Made by a program: the position numbers and the translations under genes
Part shown: piece by piece, positions 28,787-38,790 of the stretch
Position numbering within the stretch: position 1 is the first letter of the stretch
How the letters are laid out: the number at the start of each line of letters is the position of its first letter
Assembly: GCA_048938895.1 (NCBI GenBank)
Contig: JBHLLU010000009.1
Coordinates: forward strand, 35,800 to 99,799
Reading direction: 5' to 3'
Length of the DNA stretch: 64,000 nucleotides
Origin: Promethearchaeota archaeon
GTDB taxonomy: Archaea > Asgardarchaeota > Lokiarchaeia > Sigyniarchaeales > SOKP01
The notes under the pieces: model-generated
What the model was told of the DNA's origin: nothing
The model's input: only the letters and a program-made list of their open reading frames with translations
Database searches by the model: none

Positions 28787-29224
28787 TTAATATGCTAATT
28801 TGACGTTCACTTCAAAGCCAGCTCTTAATGATTCTGCTATAATGCAATATTGTTCAAAAAATTTAGAACATTGATCTGCTCTTTTACGCATTTCGGGAGA
28901 GTCAATCAGAGGAAATATTTCTATATCAATTTTATTAACTCTCCAAAATCCCTTATTATTTCGAGCAATAGTAACTTCTGCGTTCCCATTTAAACCTGTT
29001 AAAGAAAAATTTTTTTTTTGCAAACAAAATGAAAAACTGGCTGCTAAACAACCTAAGACAGATAATCCAAGTAGTTTAGCAGGAGAGGGACCTAATTTTT
29101 CACTATTTTTTTCGTTTTTTTCATCTATGTATAAATTCTCCACTTTAAGGCTCCCAAGTCCACATTTAAATACCATTTCTTCTTCTTGTGTTAAATTAAC
29201 TCTAGTTTTCATTTCAATTGGCAT
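28787..29224 (-). CDS. OsmC/Ohr family protein
   Basis: GPSPAKLL...GCL and C-terminal YCII; two-Cys OsmC fold. Confidence 0.85.
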   Translation of the reverse strand: MPIEMKTRVNLTQEEEMVFKCGLGSLKVENLYIDEKNEKNSEKLGPSPAKLLGLSVLGCLAASFSFCLQKKNFSLTGLNGNAEVTIARNNKGFWRVNKIDIEIFPLIDSPEMRKRADQCSKFFEQYCIIAESLRAGFEVNVKLAY

Positions 29225-29270
29225 ATATCTATCGCTTTTTAGTGATATTATTTCGTTATATTAAATTTGA

Positions 29271-29747
29271 TTACAAATCAAGATTTACATTCACTTCTAT
29301 ACCAGATCTTACAGATTGAGTAACAATACAATATTGCTCAAAAAAACTTACACCATCCTTTGCTGCTTTTAAACACTGTTTTGCTCTTTTAAGGGTAGCA
29401 GGATCAGTTATTTTTGGTTGTATATTGACATCAATTTTTTTAATTCTCAAAAATCCTTTCTCATTTCGAGAAATAATTACTTCTGCTTCAGCATTAAAAT
29501 CATCAACACTGAAATTCCTTTTTTTTAAACAAAAAATAAAACTTGCACTTAAACACCCTAAAATCCCTAATCCTAATAATCTTGAGGGATTAGGACCAAG
29601 CATATCAACTTCTTGGTGATGCTCTTCGTCAATATAGCAATCTTTTACCAGCATATTTCCTAAATCACATTTAAAAATCATCTGGGATTCAGCTTCACCC
29701 AATGTTATCCCAACTTTAGTTTTTATTTCTTCTGAAATACCAACCAC
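29271..29747 (-). CDS. OsmC/Ohr family protein (tandem paralog)
   Basis: GPNPSRLL...GCL and YCIVTQSV. Confidence 0.85.
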   Translation of the reverse strand: MVGISEEIKTKVGITLGEAESQMIFKCDLGNMLVKDCYIDEEHHQEVDMLGPNPSRLLGLGILGCLSASFIFCLKKRNFSVDDFNAEAEVIISRNEKGFLRIKKIDVNIQPKITDPATLKRAKQCLKAAKDGVSFFEQYCIVTQSVRSGIEVNVNLDL

Positions 29748-29845
29748 CTTGCAATATCAATATAAATTACTTTTTTTATCTATTTTTGAATAGAAATAAT
29801 TTTTGCTTATTTTTTATTATATAAAAAGAATTTAATAGATTTCCA

Positions 29846-30436
29846 TTAGTGGGATTCAATCTTTTTTAGTACAAAATGATGGTACAAATGGAATGTAAGA
29901 AAGACAAAATAGATTGTGATTAAGAATAAGTACTGGAATGCAAATACAGAAATACTTATCAACATGATTATAAATATCAAGACTTCCATTACTAAACATC
30001 CAATATTACCGTAATATTTTCTGTCAAAGAAGGATTTTGGATTTTTATATTGAGAAGTATACTTAGAAAGATTCATTGACTCCTCTTTTGTCATTAATAG
30101 TTTAAAACCTACTTGTTTTTTAAAAAAAAAAAAAAAATTTGTACCCCAATCAAATGCATCGATAATAATATGAACAAGATAACTAAATCCACTAATAATC
30201 AGAACAATCCAATTAATGAGAATTCCTAAAATAGTAATTATAAGCCCTGGAATAATTGAATGTGTAATTAACATTCTATGATTATTGTTTAAAGCGAATC
30301 TTGATAAAAAAATATCAAAATCACAGAGAAAAGAAAAAAACATAACAATTATAAACTCGAAGAAATTAAATCCTAAGAAGTGTTTGGATATGGAAGCAAT
30401 AATAATCCCTATACCTACATGTAAGTTTATGTGAAT
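29846..30436 (-). CDS. Membrane-bound metal-dependent hydrolase (YdjM-like), probable ATT start
   Basis: Extending upstream of ATG 30343 gives IHINLHVGIG, the first His motif; then CDFD, HRMLITHS, HIIID. GGGTGA lies 6 nt before ATT 30436. Confidence 0.75.
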   Translation of the reverse strand: MHINLHVGIGIIIASISKHFLGFNFFEFIIVMFFSFLCDFDIFLSRFALNNNHRMLITHSIIPGLIITILGILINWIVLIISGFSYLVHIIIDAFDWGTNFFFFFKKQVGFKLLMTKEESMNLSKYTSQYKNPKSFFDRKYYGNIGCLVMEVLIFIIMLISISVFAFQYLFLITIYFVFLTFHLYHHFVLKKIESH

Positions 30437-30451
30437 GAGAGGTCACCCAAT

Positions 30452-31435
30452 TTATCTAATATACTCCTTTTTATTCAATCTCTCAATAACTTTTGTTTTA
30501 ACAACAAATCCAGATGGCCCTTTTTTTTCCACTAAAAAGGAAGCCGCTGCTGAAGCAAGAAAAGCACAATGTTTAATCATTGTCCAAGATTTATCAGATT
30601 GCAGAAGCTCATATAAAAATATTGAAAAATATACATCCCCTGCCCCTGTTTCGTCACTGACTCGTTTTGGTTTAAATGCAGGAACCTTTAAAACTGGATT
30701 ACCCTTTTTATAGATCATTGAACCTTGTTCTCCTAGGGTCATAATGAATAAACCATTAGAATTATACTTTTTAAAATGTAACATTACTCGTGAAGGATCC
30801 TGATATTCGGCTGTAAATAATCTCATTTCTTCTTCTGAACCTTTAAGAATTAATTTATCTCTAAATAAATCTATGATATTTTCAATAGTTGAGATAACCT
30901 GATCATTATAGAGATATGAAATTTTTCCATTCTCATCAATAGTTCTAAGGAATCCCTGCAAATCGATTCCAAGGTAAACATTAGGGAAGTTTTTAGAGAT
31001 TTGTGAAATATATTCAAAAGAGATTTCATTACATAATGGGACAAGAACAAAGATATCGGGAGGATTCTTAAGATATTCAGAAGGAATGTGTTTAAACTCA
31101 AGATTTGGGCTTTTTGATCGGAGTGTTAAGGTTCGAGCATGATCAAAATAATCCAACACAAAATTGGTGTTTTTTACCTCTGAATATTTTATTCCTCTCA
31201 AATCAATGTTTTTGTTTTTAATAGGAGCTAATAACGAATTTTTCAAGTTTTTTGTACCCACATGAGAGATAATGCTTATTTTAGCATTCTGAGTATATTT
31301 TCTTAATGCTAAAGAGCAATACGAAACACTTCCACCCAAAGTAGCCTTGCTTATACGTTTAAATCTTATGATATTATCGATAGCAAAATGCCCTATAAAA
31401 AATAGAGAGGTAATATTCGTATTTTGATAATTCAT
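30452..31435 (-). CDS. PfkB family carbohydrate kinase
   Basis: IGHFAID, LGGSVSY, TLGEQGS, DETGAGDVY. Confidence 0.9.
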   Translation of the reverse strand: MNYQNTNITSLFFIGHFAIDNIIRFKRISKATLGGSVSYCSLALRKYTQNAKISIISHVGTKNLKNSLLAPIKNKNIDLRGIKYSEVKNTNFVLDYFDHARTLTLRSKSPNLEFKHIPSEYLKNPPDIFVLVPLCNEISFEYISQISKNFPNVYLGIDLQGFLRTIDENGKISYLYNDQVISTIENIIDLFRDKLILKGSEEEMRLFTAEYQDPSRVMLHFKKYNSNGLFIMTLGEQGSMIYKKGNPVLKVPAFKPKRVSDETGAGDVYFSIFLYELLQSDKSWTMIKHCAFLASAAASFLVEKKGPSGFVVKTKVIERLNKKEYIR

Positions 31436-32563
31436 TTATGAGGATTTTAATTCTTCTATAATTTTATTCTTTTCTTCAATTGTTATTTTTAATTTGTTGA
31501 TAGTTGTCTGTAAATCCTCTACTAAATTAGACACCGGACCTTGAGGAGTGTTAGCTTGAATTTGTTTGGCTGTTCTTAACTCTGTTATAACTTGGTCCCT
31601 TTGTTTTATCTGCGCTTGTAGATTTTCGACTAATCTTTCAGATTCTATAAGAGAAAGCTTTTCTGCTGTCGTTTTTTGTTTTGATTCAAGTTTATTTTGT
31701 ATTTGGGTGAGTTCTGATCTTAATTGTTCATTTTCCTCTTTTAACTCTTTTAATTCTTCTGGTTCAAGTTGAAAACCACCTTGTTCTATAGTTTGTTGAA
31801 GTTTAGATTTGTCTCTATTCAAATTCTCTACAATTTTCTTGTACTTATTCAAATCTGCTTGAAGGTCTTGACAGAGTATTTCTAAAGTAGCTGAGGATGT
31901 TTGAGCGGGTTGTGGTTTAATGACAGCACTCTTAGAAGCTTCAATAGGGATAACATAATCTACTTGTGAATGAGTTTCTTTATCGATTAGTTTCTCGTTT
32001 AATTGTGAAATAACAGTATTAAGTTCAACAATCTTTTGGTCTTTTTCTGCTAACTGAGACTTTTTCTTTGATAATTCAGATTTTAAATCTTCAATTAGTT
32101 CTTGTGAAACATCAGGAGAATCTTCAGGAGCTGTATCTGCCATGAATTGAAGAGCTGAATTTGCTTCCTTTAGCTTTAATTTCAACTCATTAATTTCATT
32201 TTCTTTAAGATTCAAAACGTTATCTTTCTCAGTTATGCTTAAAGTAAGACGTTTAATATTATTACTTAGATTAAGATTTTCTTGTTGAATATCACTTATA
32301 CTCCTTCCACCAATTGATCCTAACTTTTTTAACTCCTCTTTTAACATCTCGTTTTCTTCAATTGTTTTCCTTATAATTTCTTCTGTTTTGCTAATTAAAT
32401 CGATATTCGCCTCGATTTTTTTCCTCAACTGTTCATTTTCTTGTTCAACTTCTTGAACTCTTTTAAGCGTATCTCCAATGACACTAGGTTGATTAGATTC
32501 ATTTAACATCTTTTTACGCCATAAACTTATGAAATCCTCAACTTTATCTTTATCTTCTGGCAT
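31436..32563 (-). CDS. Long segmented coiled-coil protein
   Basis: Heptad-rich E/K/L/Q sequence interrupted by Pro-containing linkers. Confidence 0.75.
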   Translation of the reverse strand: MPEDKDKVEDFISLWRKKMLNESNQPSVIGDTLKRVQEVEQENEQLRKKIEANIDLISKTEEIIRKTIEENEMLKEELKKLGSIGGRSISDIQQENLNLSNNIKRLTLSITEKDNVLNLKENEINELKLKLKEANSALQFMADTAPEDSPDVSQELIEDLKSELSKKKSQLAEKDQKIVELNTVISQLNEKLIDKETHSQVDYVIPIEASKSAVIKPQPAQTSSATLEILCQDLQADLNKYKKIVENLNRDKSKLQQTIEQGGFQLEPEELKELKEENEQLRSELTQIQNKLESKQKTTAEKLSLIESERLVENLQAQIKQRDQVITELRTAKQIQANTPQGPVSNLVEDLQTTINKLKITIEEKNKIIEELKSS

Positions 32564-32599
32564 TTCTACAAATCTTTTTGTTAATTAATCATTTAAATA

Positions 32600-33496
32600 T
32601 TAGATTATTGTTATTCCTGAAAAATAACCAACACAATATCCATCTATTATTCCTGTTCTTTCAGAACTCGCATAATATTTCAATAATTCACCATGAGTCG
32701 CATTAAGATTTTTACTTATTAACATCATGGTGGTGATCGTCTGAGGTCCACAAATTGATGTTTGTAAAGCCCTATTTAGCGTTTTTTCAGGATCTAAGCT
32801 TTTAAATGCGTCGATTACATCTAAATCAATTTTTTTAAATTTTTCTAATTGTTCTTTGTTGTTTACTTGTTTATGAGACATATCTGAAGATGCAACGATA
32901 ATCACGTCTTTATTTGATGAGCTAATTGCCTTAGCAATATCATCGGCAATTTCATTTAGTACTTTATAATCTCTAGTTCCCGCAATTTTGATGGTTACAA
33001 TTCTTACCTCTTCACCAAGAGAACAATATTTTATAAAAGGTAATTGAATTTCGATATTATGTTCTTGTTCGGAATACCCAATAAATAAGGATTTATCATC
33101 TTCAATTATTTTGCTAGAATTTACTATTGCTTCAGATAATTCATGATCGATAGTAAGATTTCCTAGTGGAGTTTCCCATTCTCCGTTCGAAATTAACGCA
33201 ATTTTATGAAAGCCAATATGATCCGTACCAAGAATTATAACAGTATCAGGAATTTTTTCTTTAAATAAGTTAAAATAAGTGTGAGCAGCACAAGGACCTG
33301 AATAGGTCATTCCTGCATGTGGAGAGACTCCTCCTAAAATTCTTCTTTCTTCTTTATGTAGAGTTGTAGGTAATTCTCCAGGACCAAAATGAATATCTGT
33401 AAAATATTCTTTTAAAGCTTCAAGTAAGCTAGTTTTCGTTCCGGGATACCAAGTCCCTGCGTGGGTTGCTCGTCGTATGATCATTTTTTTAGTCAT
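32600..33496 (-). CDS. amrB: AmmeMemoRadiSam system protein B (MEMO1 family)
   Basis: RRATHAGTWYP, SPHAGMTYSG, WETPLG, EHNIEIQLPF, ASSDMSH, ICG, VGY. Confidence 0.92.
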   Translation of the reverse strand: MTKKMIIRRATHAGTWYPGTKTSLLEALKEYFTDIHFGPGELPTTLHKEERRILGGVSPHAGMTYSGPCAAHTYFNLFKEKIPDTVIILGTDHIGFHKIALISNGEWETPLGNLTIDHELSEAIVNSSKIIEDDKSLFIGYSEQEHNIEIQLPFIKYCSLGEEVRIVTIKIAGTRDYKVLNEIADDIAKAISSSNKDVIIVASSDMSHKQVNNKEQLEKFKKIDLDVIDAFKSLDPEKTLNRALQTSICGPQTITTMMLISKNLNATHGELLKYYASSERTGIIDGYCVGYFSGITII

Positions 33497-33604
33497 TGAT
33501 CATTTATATCTCAATATTAAATTTATTATTTTTGAAGCTTAATTAATTTACTCTAATCAATGAAGAATTGTAAGATTTATTAAGTTATAGTTAATATCTC
33601 TTTA

Positions 33605-34213
33605 ATGATGGATCAAGCAAAAGATAATCGGGTTAATCTTGATGACATTGAACTACCAGAAAGAATACCTACCAAGTTCATTAATTCAAGAGTGATTGTT
33701 TTTAATCCGCTTTTTGCGTCTTATTTATATGTCAAAGGTATCAATGGTCAACGATTTTTCGGATCACCTTTAGGAATAAATAAGCCTCGATTAGAGTATT
33801 TTTCAAAACCTTCTGAATTATCACTTATAGAAGCATATTATTTATTAGAAAAAGACTACATTACAATTTTTGACGTCGAAGCAGATAAAAATTTAGTAGC
33901 TAAAGAATTTTATATTATCGCTAAAAAAATTCATCACAAATTTGAAGAAAAGTATAAAATCTATAAAGATTTAAGAGAAAAAAACTATATACCAAGACCC
34001 GGATTAAAGTTTGGGGCTGATTTTGTCGTATATCGTCAGGGACCAGGTCTAGAACATTCTCTTTTTATGGTACATGTTTTACCTCATGATTCTGAAATTA
34101 CAGCAATTGATATGGTTAGAGCTGGGCGCTTAGCAACATCGGTGAGAAAGAAATTTGTGATCGCAAATCCGCTTACGTGTAGTTACTATTTTTTTGAATG
34201 GTTTAAGCCATGA
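33605..34213 (+). CDS. endA: tRNA-intron endonuclease (single-unit type)
   Basis: LSLIEAYYL, YKDLREKNY, GLKFGADFVVY, EHS, RLATSVRKK (Tyr/His/Lys triad). Confidence 0.92.
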   Translation: MMDQAKDNRVNLDDIELPERIPTKFINSRVIVFNPLFASYLYVKGINGQRFFGSPLGINKPRLEYFSKPSELSLIEAYYLLEKDYITIFDVEADKNLVAKEFYIIAKKIHHKFEEKYKIYKDLREKNYIPRPGLKFGADFVVYRQGPGLEHSLFMVHVLPHDSEITAIDMVRAGRLATSVRKKFVIANPLTCSYYFFEWFKP

Positions 34214-34244
34214 ATTTTATAGACTTTTTTCCAACATAACATAT

Positions 34245-36062
34245 TTATTTTACAAAAAGTAATTTTAAGGTCTCATCGAGAAGTCTATCTTTTAATTTTT
34301 CAATTTCAGTAAAATTTTCGTTTGGTATAGAGTGAGTAGCTTCAATTATATCGTTCATTACCTCATCTTCTTTCGAATCTTCGAATTTATAGCCTTCTTT
34401 TAAGAGTTTCTTACCCTCATTGAACAGTAAAAGAATTATTTTAATAATTCCTAATAACTTTTTATAATCTGTAAAATTATCAATTTCTTCAAAAGCATTT
34501 TGAATTAAAAAACCATTCCTAATCAAATTGGCAATGAAAAGGTGTAATCTTTGATCATCCGGTAAATTTTTTTTTCCAACAAGTTGCATTACAGATACCA
34601 AGTCAGTTTCTTTTGATAATATCTCATCTACTTGTTTTCTACATCCTACCCAAGTAATATCTATCATTGGCCAATAAAAGTCTTTTTCTAACCACCATTC
34701 TGAAACGTAATCAGGATAATTAGAATATGATTTTAACCAATTAATGGCAGGATAGTGCTTTAGGTACGACAGACTCATATCTAAAGTTAATAATCCTTGA
34801 ACTAAACGTTTAGTAGCAGCTGTTACTGGTTCGCTTAGATCTCCTGCGGGAGGTGATATTGAACTAATAATTGTTAATGATCCGATACTATGTTTACCTA
34901 AATTATCTGTTCCTAAAGATTTAATAACACCAGCTCGTTCATAGAAGCTAGAAAGTCTTGTGGGTAAATAAGCAGGATATCCTTCTTCTGCGGGCATTTC
35001 TTCTAGTAATCCAGAAATTTCTCTGAGAGATTCTGCCCATCTTGAAGTACTATCAGCGATAACAGCAACATCATATCCCATTTCTCTATAATACTCTGCA
35101 AAAGTGACTCCTGAAAAAAGACTTGCTTCACGAGCCGATACAGGCATATTTGAAGAATTAGCTATAACAATTATATGTTCTAATAAGGGGCGTTGGTTTT
35201 TAGTATCATAAATTTCCGCAAATTGTTTTAAGATATTAGCAATTTCATTACCTGGTTCGCCACAACCAATAAAAATAATTATATCTACATTAGAAAATTT
35301 TGCTATGGTTTGTAATAGAACAGTTTTTCCAGTGCCAAATCCTCCAGGAATAGCAAATGTTCCTCCCTTTGCAAGTGGAAATAACAAATCTATTACCCGT
35401 TGACCTGTTATTAATGGTTTAAAAGGCTTAATTTTACTACTATAGGGTCTAGTTCTAAAAACTGGCCATTTTTGTAGCATAGAAAAAGAAAGTTCTTGAT
35501 CATTTCCTACCAATCGATAAATTTCATCAATTATAGTATAATCTCCCTCTCCAGCAATAAAAGATATTTTTCCAAAAGATCCTGGAGGAACCATAATCTT
35601 ATGTTCAATTATCGGTGTTTCTTGAACAGTTCCAATAATATCCCCACTATTTACTATTTCATTTACGTTTCTCAATGGTTTAAAATACCACTTTTTAGTT
35701 CGTGATAATGGTGAAAATTCAATCCCACGATTTAATTTACCATCTTTATTTTGATTAAAAATCTTTTTTAAAGGCCTTTGAATCCCATCAAAAACATTTG
35801 TTAATAAACCAGGACCTAATTCCATAGATAATGATTCTTGAAGGCTTATAACCTTATCATTTAATTTTAAACTTTGAGTGTTATCAAAACATTGAGCGAC
35901 AATATAATTCGAATATATTTGAATGACTTCACCTATAATGTTATATTTAGTAATTTTAATTAAATCATGAAGTCGTATTTCTCCCTCTAATCCTTTCACT
36001 TCAATTAAAGAACCCTTAATTGATTGGATTATACCATATGTAGATCCATCCTCAAATTCCAT
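34245..36062 (-). CDS. A/V-type ATP synthase subunit A paralog (GCGEPGNE variant)
   Basis: Full-length homolog of 40837..42687 with P-loop GGFGTGKT, DSTSRWAE and PAEEGYPAYL; conserved GER replaced by GEP. Confidence 0.92.
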   Translation of the reverse strand: MEFEDGSTYGIIQSIKGSLIEVKGLEGEIRLHDLIKITKYNIIGEVIQIYSNYIVAQCFDNTQSLKLNDKVISLQESLSMELGPGLLTNVFDGIQRPLKKIFNQNKDGKLNRGIEFSPLSRTKKWYFKPLRNVNEIVNSGDIIGTVQETPIIEHKIMVPPGSFGKISFIAGEGDYTIIDEIYRLVGNDQELSFSMLQKWPVFRTRPYSSKIKPFKPLITGQRVIDLLFPLAKGGTFAIPGGFGTGKTVLLQTIAKFSNVDIIIFIGCGEPGNEIANILKQFAEIYDTKNQRPLLEHIIVIANSSNMPVSAREASLFSGVTFAEYYREMGYDVAVIADSTSRWAESLREISGLLEEMPAEEGYPAYLPTRLSSFYERAGVIKSLGTDNLGKHSIGSLTIISSISPPAGDLSEPVTAATKRLVQGLLTLDMSLSYLKHYPAINWLKSYSNYPDYVSEWWLEKDFYWPMIDITWVGCRKQVDEILSKETDLVSVMQLVGKKNLPDDQRLHLFIANLIRNGFLIQNAFEEIDNFTDYKKLLGIIKIILLLFNEGKKLLKEGYKFEDSKEDEVMNDIIEATHSIPNENFTEIEKLKDRLLDETLKLLFVK

Positions 36063-36099
36063 TACAAATCGTAATTCTCTGTATTTTTATGAATTCAAA

Positions 36100-36501
36100 T
36101 TATTTAATTGAAGCACCACAAATGGGGCATTTTTTTACATAACTCGCAATTACCATTCCACAATTTTCACATTTTTTGATAAGAGGTTCTCGATATTTAA
36201 AATTAAGACTAATACCAGCGAGTTTCTTTAAATCAGGCTCTGGTTTGTACTCTTCTCTCCTCTTGATAGGTTGAGTTCTTCTTTGTTTTTCAGGAAAAAG
36301 ATCATCATACATTTTCTTTTTTTTCCTGTTTCTAAAAATGAATCCTAAAAATGTTAAAAAGATAAAACTGATAATTAAGATAACAATTATGATATTTGTT
36401 TTAAATTCAATTAAAATATAATAGAGAATAAATAATCCTATTAGTAGTAGAACTAAAGTGACCGTATTTTTCTTTGAGGATTTTTCTTTATTATTCTCCA
36501 T
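36100..36501 (-). CDS. Two-TM membrane protein with C-terminal zinc ribbon, inside the ATP synthase operon
   Basis: Two hydrophobic helices, then CENC...CPIC. Confidence 0.7.
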   Translation of the reverse strand: MENNKEKSSKKNTVTLVLLLIGLFILYYILIEFKTNIIIVILIISFIFLTFLGFIFRNRKKKKMYDDLFPEKQRRTQPIKRREEYKPEPDLKKLAGISLNFKYREPLIKKCENCGMVIASYVKKCPICGASIK

Positions 36502-36529
36502 AATAATTTAGTCCAATAAAAAACTTAAG

Positions 36530-38785
36530 TTATAAATATTTTTTTGATATATATTTTTCAGCTTCGACAATATCCTTTTGGGTTTTCTTTGATTCAATTT
36601 CTCTTTCAATTTCTTCAAATATTACATCTTTATCTACACTTATTTTAAATTCAATCTTCGAAAAGTTGTTATCTAAATAGAATGGATAAAATTGGGTTCC
36701 GGAACCATGAAAAAACTTGAAAAAGAATTCATAAAAATTTAATCGCAAAGCGTTTAAGAAAACTAATAAGGCTTCGATAAGTATAACGACGAGGTTGCCA
36801 AATGTTAAGCCTATAAGCCTTACTAATTCAGCAAAAAAATCCTCCCCATGGATTAAATTAGCCATTGCCTCTATAGCAATCATTAAAGCAATATGTGCTA
36901 ATGCTAATGCTAAGAGTCGGACATATGAGGCAACATTACTTATTATAGATAACATAGTTTCAAAAGTTTCCATTGATCCTTCTCCCAATAGTTCTTTATA
37001 GGTTTCTCTTTTTAAGTAGGATACATGAAATATCTTACCAAGAGGTTTTAAAATAATTAATAATATCCCCGGTATTAGGGGTAATAAAATCGGATATGGT
37101 GGTGCTAGCCATGCGTTTAAATCAAATTTATATACAAATACTAGAACAGTACCGCCTGTTAATAACAATATCTTGATTAAAGAATCTGAAATTGCTAAAT
37201 ATTTCCTTGATTGTCTCCAATAATTCAAAAATTGTATAAACCAACCTAAATTAATATGTAATACCCCAATTATTATTGTGAATAAAAATACAGTTATAAT
37301 ATTTCCTAGGGGATTAGTCCAGATAGGATGTAGCTGAAATAGAACATTCCCACCAATTTCTATTTCTTGCATTCCAAAAAATTCTCCGTACAACAAGCCA
37401 AATAAACATGCTCCCCAACCACAATAGAAGATAATCCAACAAAAATTTAGAAAATCTGTTCCTTTTTTATTCCTAAAAATAATTGCACCTATTAAACCTG
37501 CGATTATTAGTACGATTCCATGGCCTATATCCCCAAACATCATCCCAAATAAGAGAGGAAAGATGATTGCTAAAAAGGGTGTAGGGTCAATTTCAGCATA
37601 AGAAGGGGTACCATACATTCTAGTTAAAGTTTCAAAAGGTCTTACAAAAAAATTATTTTTCATTATTCGTGGGGTTTCATCTCTTAAATCTTTATTTATG
37701 TCTAGTTCTTTTGATTTAAAATCTTCGTCTTTAAAAGATTGACCTCCTTTAGCTTTTTTTGGATTTAATTCCTGTTCTTGTTCTTCAGGTAAAACAAGTG
37801 GCTTTTTTGAAATTTCAACTGAATGAATTGTTATCTGATCTTTAAAAATATCCATTAGTCTCCGTTGTACAGGCTCTTTTTTATCCTCTGGAATAAAAAA
37901 TTCGATTTCGGATCGATTTTTAGATATTTCCTTGAATTGCCTTTCAGCCCAATTATACTCTTCAACATTTGTAACTATTTCATACATAGCGGCGAATAAT
38001 ATTAAATTGTCATCTCTTAATCGTTCTAATTCTTTTACGTACCTTTCAAACGTGTTCTTTATCAAGTTTAGTTCACTGTTGATCCTAGAGATATTAATCC
38101 CGTCAGAAAGTAAATACTTCTTCAAAATTGGTATTTCTTCAGCATGGGTTATACGAATTCTTTCTTTTAAATCATCTTCTTTATCTACTGGATAAATTGT
38201 ATAAAAAAGGATTCTATCATCTGAAATATCTTGAGTTTCATAAAAATTTGGAAATTTTGAGAAATCAAAAAGATTTTTAACATTAATTAAGTTTTTCGAA
38301 AACGTGACGAATACTCTAAAGGCTAATACATCTAAATTTGATAAATCATCTCGGGAAAGATTGATCTTTTCTAAAAATGTGTAACCTTCCTTAATAGTCT
38401 TCATTTTATTTAGTTCAATTTCCACTTTTGCAATATACCTTTCTAATTCAGCAACACGGTTGCTATAAAAATCTACTTCTTCTAACATATGGTTAATTAA
38501 TTCATCAATATCTTTCACAGTGAACTCTTTTCGTTCATCTTTATGAGGCCTAATATTCTGTAAATCGATAACTGAGATTTTGAGTGATTTAAATAATTCT
38601 TCAGTATTAGCTCTCAATCTCTTAATTCTTTCAATAATATTGTCTCCTTTTTTTTGAGGTTCCTCGGTTTGCTCTTTTGGTTTTATATGAATTAAATTTA
38701 TTTGAGACAATTCCTGAAGAAGAAGATCTTTAAAATTATTACTTATAGTAACATCGAATAAACACATCATTGTCTTATTTGTCAT
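36530..38785 (-). CDS. atpI: A/V-type ATP synthase subunit I (a)
   Basis: PFETLTRMYGTPSYAEIDPT, FGMMFGDIGHG, SYVRLLALALAH (essential Arg), LRLNFYEFF. Confidence 0.95.
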   Translation of the reverse strand: MTNKTMMCLFDVTISNNFKDLLLQELSQINLIHIKPKEQTEEPQKKGDNIIERIKRLRANTEELFKSLKISVIDLQNIRPHKDERKEFTVKDIDELINHMLEEVDFYSNRVAELERYIAKVEIELNKMKTIKEGYTFLEKINLSRDDLSNLDVLAFRVFVTFSKNLINVKNLFDFSKFPNFYETQDISDDRILFYTIYPVDKEDDLKERIRITHAEEIPILKKYLLSDGINISRINSELNLIKNTFERYVKELERLRDDNLILFAAMYEIVTNVEEYNWAERQFKEISKNRSEIEFFIPEDKKEPVQRRLMDIFKDQITIHSVEISKKPLVLPEEQEQELNPKKAKGGQSFKDEDFKSKELDINKDLRDETPRIMKNNFFVRPFETLTRMYGTPSYAEIDPTPFLAIIFPLLFGMMFGDIGHGIVLIIAGLIGAIIFRNKKGTDFLNFCWIIFYCGWGACLFGLLYGEFFGMQEIEIGGNVLFQLHPIWTNPLGNIITVFLFTIIIGVLHINLGWFIQFLNYWRQSRKYLAISDSLIKILLLTGGTVLVFVYKFDLNAWLAPPYPILLPLIPGILLIILKPLGKIFHVSYLKRETYKELLGEGSMETFETMLSIISNVASYVRLLALALAHIALMIAIEAMANLIHGEDFFAELVRLIGLTFGNLVVILIEALLVFLNALRLNFYEFFFKFFHGSGTQFYPFYLDNNFSKIEFKISVDKDVIFEEIEREIESKKTQKDIVEAEKYISKKYL

Positions 38786-38790
38786 TTAAA

